Part shown: in pieces, positions 15,023 to 20,517 of the stretch | Position numbering within the stretch: the first letter of the stretch is position 1 | How the letters are laid out: the number at the start of each line of letters is the position of its first letter | DNA from: a virus | Taxonomy: Duplodnaviria; Caudoviricetes | Virus record (IMG/VR): IMGVR_UViG_3300020043_000079 | Span: 1-24,545 of that record | Reading direction: 5' to 3' (one strand) | Length of the DNA: 24,545 nt | The notes under the pieces: model-generated | What the model was told of the DNA's origin: nothing | The model's input: only the letters and a program-made list of their open reading frames with translations | Database searches by the model: none | Position numbers and translations under genes: made by a program

Positions 15023-15436
15023 TTAGCAAGCACGTCCACCGCGATTCATCTTAACCATCTTGCCTTGGGTTTTACCCTTAGACTCGATGCCGCCACCCTT
15101 AGCCATCTTGGTCATGCCGCCTGTTTTAGCAGCAAAGGCGGGCATTTTCTTGCCATCCTTCATTACCATCGGCATGCCGCCTTTCTTAAGCGCAGCCATG
15201 TCGGTTTTCTTGCCACCGTGCATTTGCTTGTCGTGCATGCCAACGGCTTTTTTAACCATTGCTTTGTCTTGTTTAAGATCGCTTTTCATTTCACCACCCT
15301 CTTTGAATTTTTTACCTTTGTCAGCCGCGCTAAAGTCTTTTCCTACAGAAGTAGGTACACCAACTTTCTTAGCAAACGCAGGGTTGTTAGCTACAGCTTT
15401 CATAAAACTAGATTGTTTCTTAGATGTACTTGGCAT
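15023..15436 (-). CDS. Lys/Met/Gly-rich basic protein with multiple xxGG motifs (137 aa)
   Basis: MPSTSKKQ..FM.AVA.NP.FAKKVGVP.SVGKDF N-terminus; FKEGG, LKKGG, MAKGG and MNRGG; GIESKGKTQGKMV. Confidence 0.82.
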   Translation of the reverse strand: MPSTSKKQSSFMKAVANNPAFAKKVGVPTSVGKDFSAADKGKKFKEGGEMKSDLKQDKAMVKKAVGMHDKQMHGGKKTDMAALKKGGMPMVMKDGKKMPAFAAKTGGMTKMAKGGGIESKGKTQGKMVKMNRGGRAC

Positions 15437-15675
15437 TATTTACCCCAATGTCCGACAACAAAACCAACAACACCGGTTACGGCACTAACCGCACCGCCTG
15501 CCCACATAAGAACTTTCCATCCACCACGGGCTTCAGATAATGTCTTTTGAATATCAGCTAGACAATTCTTGATTGACGCCATGTCCTGAACGAGCTTGTC
15601 CATGTCATCTTGCAAATGCTTGATGTCATTGGCGTGTGTTGCTAGCTCGCGAGCTGTTTGAACCTGATCTTCCAT
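15436..15675 (-). CDS. Coiled-coil protein with C-terminal TM helix (XhlA-like architecture, 79 aa)
   Basis: Heptad pattern followed by GGWKVLMWAGGAVSAVTGVVGFVV. Confidence 0.75.
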   Translation of the reverse strand: MEDQVQTARELATHANDIKHLQDDMDKLVQDMASIKNCLADIQKTLSEARGGWKVLMWAGGAVSAVTGVVGFVVGHWGK

Positions 15676-15930
15676 TTAACACTTCCATCGTTTGAGGCTT
15701 GCGGCTTTGCGAGTAGGCTTTCCACTTTCATCTTTCATCGGGCCGGGCATGCCAGACATTCGTGCGCAAAACGACTTCTTACGGGGACCGCCTTCTGGCT
15801 GTGGAGCCTTAAGGTTTGATCCTGTAGCAGCGTTATACTTGGCACGTCCTTTGGCAGTTAAACCAGCTCCCTTAGATACGGGTAGCTTCTCGCCACGACC
15901 GATAGCCAGAGAGGGGGTCTTCTTAGCCAT
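15676..15930 (-). CDS. Basic conserved phage protein, resembles DUF6321 (84 aa)
   Basis: GLTAKGRAKYN...GSNLKAP...RKKSFCARMSG...LKRWKC. Probable start is MAKKT at 15930 rather than 16008. Confidence 0.75.
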   Translation of the reverse strand: MAKKTPSLAIGRGEKLPVSKGAGLTAKGRAKYNAATGSNLKAPQPEGGPRKKSFCARMSGMPGPMKDESGKPTRKAASLKRWKC

Positions 15931-16399
15931 AGAACACCGTTGCATGAAAACTAGCGGGTAAAAATATACGTATTCCGTTCTGGGCAAGGATGCCTTCCCC
16001 GGGAACAACTATGTTGTAAGGCTGTGGGTCAGAAGAGTCCGCCTGTAGCAACACATCATTCCAAACCACAACAGCACCGCTAGCTGCCCCACTATTAGCA
16101 ACAGTCACAGTAAATGTATTAGCATTTGCAACGGTCTGTACTTGGTAAGGATTGTCTGTTAAATCCCAATCAAGATAAACCCAATCACCTGCGGACAACC
16201 CATGATCTGCAGCAGTAATAGTTGCTGTTGTTGTGGATCGAGTGTATGTGCCTACAATGCTTACATCATCTACAAAAGCCGCATACCCAGTTGCGCCTGT
16301 AAAAGGAAACATTACCGCTCCCTTAAGGCGAGTGCGACCAGAAACAATTAGTCCTGATCCTGAAGCGTGTTTTGACTTTACGTCGTATTGCATACTCAT
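15923..16399 (-). CDS. Putative virion protein with an inserted beta-barrel-like module (158 aa)
   Basis: MSMQYDVKS...RTRLKG...VPGEGIL..NGI...TVFYG frame with a central ATITAADHGLSAGDWVYL...NTFTV segment; AGGAG RBS. Confidence 0.7.
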   Translation of the reverse strand: MSMQYDVKSKHASGSGLIVSGRTRLKGAVMFPFTGATGYAAFVDDVSIVGTYTRSTTTATITAADHGLSAGDWVYLDWDLTDNPYQVQTVANANTFTVTVANSGAASGAVVVWNDVLLQADSSDPQPYNIVVPGEGILAQNGIRIFLPASFHATVFYG

Positions 16400-16414
16400 A
16401 ATTAGCTCCTAAAA

Positions 16415-16438
16415 CGAAAAATACCCACCGAAGTGGGT
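16415..16438 (-). terminator. Rho-independent terminator with UUCG tetraloop
   Basis: Minus strand reads ACCCAC-TTCG-GTGGGT-ATTTTTCG, just after the stop at 16446. Confidence 0.78.
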
Positions 16439-16445
16439 TAGCTAA

Positions 16446-16745
16446 TTAGGAGGGTGTAACAGCCGTTGTGCCGTCAGCGTTCACCCAAGTGCTAGTGGCA
16501 GTCGCGCCAGTAGCAATCTTCAGTGTGCTAAGCGTCGTATCAAACACGATTGTGCCAGCAGCCTTACCAACTGTGTTAACTGCGTTTGATGCAGCAGCAA
16601 TTTGCACGCTAGTAGCTGTACGAATCTGAATGTAGCCAGCGGTCGAATCGACGTTGCCGGTAACTGTGCCTGTAATGTCGCCAGTGACTGCGCCGATGAA
16701 TCCATTGGTCGAGGTAACTGGACCGGAGAAGGTAGTTGATGCCAT
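16446..16745 (-). CDS. Small Thr/Ala-rich virion protein, possible head fibre/decoration (99 aa)
   Basis: MASTTFSGPVTSTNGF..., G.VTG repeats, GTIVFDTT...W; AGGAG RBS. Confidence 0.78.
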   Translation of the reverse strand: MASTTFSGPVTSTNGFIGAVTGDITGTVTGNVDSTAGYIQIRTATSVQIAAASNAVNTVGKAAGTIVFDTTLSTLKIATGATATSTWVNADGTTAVTPS

Positions 16746-16760
16746 GATAGGCTCCTGTAT

Positions 16761-16830
16761 ATGCAGTACTTCGTTTCACTGTCTCTGCATCGTCCGCTGG
16801 GGCGGTCAGTGAAACTTGAGGTTCCCAGAT
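16761..16830 (-). ncRNA. Candidate structured leader RNA with two pseudoknots
   Basis: Interleaved complementary pairs: CUGGG/CCCAG, GUUUCACUG/CAGUGAAAC, CCG/CGG and AUGCAG/CUGCAU. Family not identified. Confidence 0.55.
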
Positions 16831-16838
16831 TTAGATTA

Positions 16839-16866
16839 ATAATACTCTAAATAACAAGAAAAGCAA
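16839..16866 (-). promoter_or_regulatory. Putative sigma70-type promoter TTGCTT-N16-TATTAT
   Basis: AT-rich stretch between the capsid terminator and the structured leader. The predicted start near 16832 coincides with the 5' end of the leader. Confidence 0.45.
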
Positions 16867-16870
16867 ACAA

Positions 16871-16899
16871 TAAAAAACCCCGCTTTTTTAAGGCGGGGC
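16871..16899 (-). terminator. Rho-independent terminator downstream of the major capsid gene
   Basis: Minus strand reads CCCCGC-CTTAAAAAA-GCGGGG-TTTTTTA. Confidence 0.8.
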
Positions 16900-16972
16900 T
16901 AAACCAAGGGCGGTTCTTAGGGTACTCGTTTAAGCACAACGACCTTTAGCTGTGCGCCCCTTGATTTATTAC

Positions 16973-17881
16973 TTAAGCACCGGGCGAACCGAAGATGCCG
17001 AGAGGATCAGACACGCCGAACGAATAACGCTCGCGAGCCTTGTAGCGGCTGTTGCCAGTGTCAAAGTCAGCGTCCATACCTGTTTGCATAGGAGTACGAA
17101 CGAAGTGCTTCAGACCGTTAGGCACGTCAGTCAACAAGAACCAAGCATTGGTATCGGTCAGGTAGTTATTGATTGTGTAACCACCGGGGATCGAACCGTT
17201 GTTCTCGATTGCGTTGATGTCGTTATCAGCCGTACCAACACGCAGTTTTGTTTCGAGCAAACGAGTTGCCACGAACTGAAGTGCTGGAGGAATGACCAAC
17301 TTGGTTGGCTTAGCGGCGATCAGCAGACCACGTTCGTCTGTCCATGCTGCGATCTGAATAACGGCGGCTTCCAAAGAAGTCTCGTTCAGGTCAGCGGCAA
17401 CGGTAGGACGGTTGCTGTTTACGCCACCAGAAACCAGCGGATGCGAGGTCGAGCAAAGGACTTGACCGTCACCGTAGGTATAGCCAGCAGTAAATGCGTT
17501 GTTAAGGATGTTAGCTGCCTTAACCTGCTTGGTGTATGCCATACCGCGAGCCAATGCTTTGGTGTAACGTGACGACAGGCTGTCGTACAGGTTATCTTCA
17601 ATCGCTTCTTCAGTGATCGAAAAGCCCATTGCAATGGTTTCGTGGTTGTAACGTGCCGTCCAAGCTTCCTGCGCGTTGTCATAAGCCATCGCAGCGCCTT
17701 CATTCTTGACAGGAGCAGCGTTAAAGCCAGACAGCTTGGTTTCTTCTTCGAACGAACGCTCTGAAGATTCTGTTTCAAAAATCTCTTTGTGTTGTTCGCC
17801 GTACTTTTTATACTCAAGACCAAACAAGGCGTTCAAGCCCGGAAGGAGTTCTTTAAGTAATTGTGCGCGTGAAATAGCCAT
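16973..17881 (-). CDS. Major capsid protein (HK97 fold, Mu gpT-like family; 302 aa)
   Basis: MAISRAQLLKELLPGLNALFGLEY, APVKNEG, KLVIPPALQF, YKARERYSFG.SDP.G.FGSPGA; position after the scaffold; followed by a terminator. Confidence 0.92.
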   Translation of the reverse strand: MAISRAQLLKELLPGLNALFGLEYKKYGEQHKEIFETESSERSFEEETKLSGFNAAPVKNEGAAMAYDNAQEAWTARYNHETIAMGFSITEEAIEDNLYDSLSSRYTKALARGMAYTKQVKAANILNNAFTAGYTYGDGQVLCSTSHPLVSGGVNSNRPTVAADLNETSLEAAVIQIAAWTDERGLLIAAKPTKLVIPPALQFVATRLLETKLRVGTADNDINAIENNGSIPGGYTINNYLTDTNAWFLLTDVPNGLKHFVRTPMQTGMDADFDTGNSRYKARERYSFGVSDPLGIFGSPGA

Positions 17882-17892
17882 GATTTAGCTCC

Positions 17893-18498
17893 TTATACGC
17901 CGGTTGCGTTGTTGTACTGGTGCATACCAAAGTTGATCTTGACGATCACTTCTGGGAACACATCAGCAGCAGTTGCTGTGTCTCGAACCACATCAATAAT
18001 ACGAATAGGCAGAGTGTTGGTTGTGGCAGTCGAGTCCAAAAGAGCTACTTTCGAGTCACCAGTGATGGTCGAACCAGCGTTTTGAACCAGAGTAGCGTTG
18101 TTACCGATGGCGCTGATACCAACACCAGTGATAACTGTCGTGCCAGAAACAACGGCAACTTGAAATAGCGTATCAGGATCATCTGCAACGACTGCAAAAA
18201 TCTTCGTGCCAGACTTGATAGCTGTGCTAGCAGGATAATATTGCTGTTGTTGGATCTGACCTGTTGATGCGTTGGTGAAACTTACACCAAGAAACACGCC
18301 GACAGGAGTAGCCGTAGTCGTACCGGTGTCCTTTTCGATTGTGCCATCAGAAACACGCTTGACGAGATCACCGTAGAAAATGTCAGTAGCATAGCCACTA
18401 GCAATTTCCATTTGACGGGTTGCTCCGGAGAACACCTGTCCACCGATCAAATTGATCGGCTTTAGCCCGTAAGGGGCGCTTACAGTAGGATAAGCCAT
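17893..18498 (-). CDS. Putative capsid decoration/cement protein (201 aa)
   Basis: APYGLKP, IFYGDLV, GVFLG, DDPDTLF, LPIRII motifs; immediately upstream of the capsid gene; AGGAG RBS. Confidence 0.7.
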   Translation of the reverse strand: MAYPTVSAPYGLKPINLIGGQVFSGATRQMEIASGYATDIFYGDLVKRVSDGTIEKDTGTTTATPVGVFLGVSFTNASTGQIQQQQYYPASTAIKSGTKIFAVVADDPDTLFQVAVVSGTTVITGVGISAIGNNATLVQNAGSTITGDSKVALLDSTATTNTLPIRIIDVVRDTATAADVFPEVIVKINFGMHQYNNATGV

Positions 18499-18963
18499 TT
18501 AAGACTCCTTTGATTGATTACCGGATCCGAAAGTAACCCTTGATTTACGCTCACTAAAAAGCGGCATCGCTGGATTATTTTCTTTCATGAAGTTATTGTC
18601 TACAGCCCGCATCTGATTGTCATTCTTTTGCTGAATGGAATTGTCACGAGCCATGACACGTTCTGACGGTTGTTTGCATAACATCAACCCACCAATCACG
18701 ATGTTGTCCTTAAACTGACCGTTTTCGACAATCAGAATTTGGATTTCGGGGTGGTCTGCTGCTTTACAAGGTTCCCAACCAGAACGAATTTGTGTGGAAA
18801 AGTTCGTGGCATCAGCTTCGCCGCGTGTCGCAATACGCACCCAATGAAATCTCCATCCTGCCTGCGGTTTAGGGCTTGGCAAGGTTTCTGGATCAACCCA
18901 CGCCTGAACGCGAGCTGCTGTTTCACGAGTTTGCAAATCTTGAGGTAAACGATTTTGAGCCAT
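18499..18963 (-). CDS. Conserved head-module hypothetical protein (154 aa)
   Basis: LPSP.PQ.GWRFHWVR...GWEP...IGGLMLCK.P pattern; lies between scaffold and decoration genes. Confidence 0.8.
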   Translation of the reverse strand: MAQNRLPQDLQTRETAARVQAWVDPETLPSPKPQAGWRFHWVRIATRGEADATNFSTQIRSGWEPCKAADHPEIQILIVENGQFKDNIVIGGLMLCKQPSERVMARDNSIQQKNDNQMRAVDNNFMKENNPAMPLFSERKSRVTFGSGNQSKES

Positions 18964-18965
18964 GA

Positions 18966-19943
18966 TTATTTCCTTTGTCCTAAAGCAACCTGTTTGGCGT
19001 ATTCTTCAAGCGGAACTCCAAGCCGTTTAGCCAGAGCCACTGAAGACGGGGTCAGCACAATCTTTTTGGGCGCGGTGCTGCGCGTTGCGGGAGCGACTAC
19101 GTTCGATTTTTGTCTTGGTTTTTCAACCTCAACCTCATCAATGGGGTCAAACTCATCCGGAAAAACTTGTCGCATGCGAGAATTTATCTTCTCGTAGTAT
19201 TCATCTGAGCGAGGGTCTAAACCCTGTTTTACTAATTTCTGGTGCAACCCCAGAGCAAAGCTCGTCATTTCGTCGTCTGAACCAAACCATGAATTTTGCT
19301 TCTGCCAATTCACAGCCTTTTCGTCAACTTGAGGACTTGGGGCGGTTTGTTGCTGTTGTACTTCAACTTCTGGTGTTTGTACAGCGGGTAATCGAAAATT
19401 ATTTACGCGATCAGCCTTGATTTTGGCTGCGGTTAATTCGTCTTGTGCGGCAACTACAGCGTCAGAATCACCTGATTCATAGGCAATTTTGTATTTAGCC
19501 TTGGCTTGTTCTACCTCTGTAGCAGTAGCGCGTTTGGCTTGTTCAAGAAGAATCTCTTGGTTTTTGCCAACAGTGCCTTTAAGATTTTTGTTCTCTTCTA
19601 GGACCTGCTGAGCATACCGAATTGCCTCTTCTCGTTCGCGGTTTGCTGTCTCTTTTGCGCGACGCTCATCATGATATCCCTTTGTTAAGTGGCTCATGCG
19701 TTTACGCACTTTTTCGGAGTATCCCTCTAACTCTTCGTCGGTTGGGTCTTCTGGAGGATCCGATGGTTTGCGATTGCGGTCTTGTGGTGGGGTGTCATCC
19801 ACAATTTCAATCTCAACATCTGGTGTTTTTTCTTCAGGAACATCGACTTCTACTTCTTTTTCAGAAGCCCGTCCCTCGACTTTTACCTTAAATTCTTGCT
19901 TGTCTAGGTCTTCAAACCCAAACTCGACTGGTTCCATAGCCAT
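18966..19943 (-). CDS. Capsid scaffolding protein (325 aa)
   Basis: Acidic N-terminus, long coiled coil, NSWFG motif, C-terminal ALAKRLGVPLEEYAKQV; position between portal and capsid genes. Confidence 0.78.
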   Translation of the reverse strand: MAMEPVEFGFEDLDKQEFKVKVEGRASEKEVEVDVPEEKTPDVEIEIVDDTPPQDRNRKPSDPPEDPTDEELEGYSEKVRKRMSHLTKGYHDERRAKETANREREEAIRYAQQVLEENKNLKGTVGKNQEILLEQAKRATATEVEQAKAKYKIAYESGDSDAVVAAQDELTAAKIKADRVNNFRLPAVQTPEVEVQQQQTAPSPQVDEKAVNWQKQNSWFGSDDEMTSFALGLHQKLVKQGLDPRSDEYYEKINSRMRQVFPDEFDPIDEVEVEKPRQKSNVVAPATRSTAPKKIVLTPSSVALAKRLGVPLEEYAKQVALGQRK

Positions 19944-19953
19944 AATTTATCCT

Positions 19954-20325
19954 TTAAATAGCACGCGAAACACCACGCGGGTCGGCAACAACAGCTTCGA
20001 TGCTGTCATCGTTTATCAAACGTAATTCCTGACCATTGACGTGAAGTCTTGTGCCAGTATGAGGCCGGATCACTACATAATCACCAATTGCGCACCACGG
20101 GCCGTTAGGAAACCGGTCTTTATCGCTATAGGCTTCTGCACCCATATCTAATACCAGCCCAACAGTGGTCATGATTCGCTCTTCGTTCAAAGTACGATCT
20201 GCTTTAAGAATGCCAGATTCAAACTCTTTCTCAATCGTAGGCAGTGCGATAAGCAAACGGTAGCCAACAGGCTTAGGTAGCTGTTGTTCCATTTCTGCTT
20301 CGGTTACTTCGACTTGTTCAGTCAT
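19954..20325 (-). CDS. groES: Phage-encoded GroES/Cpn10-like co-chaperonin
   Basis: PKPVGYRLLI, ESGIL, GLVLDMG, IGDYV, LRLINDDSIEAVV match the Cpn10 pattern. Start is either 20325 or 20334. Confidence 0.82.
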   Translation of the reverse strand: MTEQVEVTEAEMEQQLPKPVGYRLLIALPTIEKEFESGILKADRTLNEERIMTTVGLVLDMGAEAYSDKDRFPNGPWCAIGDYVVIRPHTGTRLHVNGQELRLINDDSIEAVVADPRGVSRAI

Positions 20326-20515
20326 TGTCATCATCCATATAGTTACGCGCTAGGTCAGTAATTTCTCTCTGTGCAAGACTTAGACCTTGGATCAGTCCGC
20401 ACACATTCCGGTAATGGGCGAAGTCTTTACAACCCCCATCAGCCATGAACTCGGTAGCAAAGCTTTTATGCTCGTTTAACTTTTTATTAAGCACGTCAAA
20501 GACGGTGTTTCCCAT
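20318..20515 (-). CDS. Small helical hypothetical protein between portal and GroES-like gene
   Basis: G..KDF..Y....G.IQGL pattern; AAGGAG 7 nt upstream of the ATG at 20515. Confidence 0.78.
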   Translation of the reverse strand: MGNTVFDVLNKKLNEHKSFATEFMADGGCKDFAHYRNVCGLIQGLSLAQREITDLARNYMDDDND

Positions 20516-20517
20516 CA

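Noticed and set aside
13825-15436. RiPP/bacteriocin precursor cluster (double-Gly leader plus Cys-containing core)
   Set aside because: No modifying enzyme, C39 transporter or immunity gene nearby; the conserved part follows GG whereas RiPP leaders are conserved before it; the context is virion morphogenesis.
14119-15961. Several overlapping plus-strand ORFs of 89-161 aa
   Set aside because: Antisense shadows of coupled minus-strand genes with no recognisable motifs.
16761-16830. Hammerhead ribozyme or tRNA
   Set aside because: CUGA and GAAAC are present, but CUGA is followed by CCG rather than NGA and both lie in the same stem; no cloverleaf or T-loop is present.
16952-17572. 206-aa plus-strand ORF antisense to the capsid gene
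   Set aside because: Long antisense frames are expected opposite codon-biased, highly expressed genes, and the product has no recognisable features.
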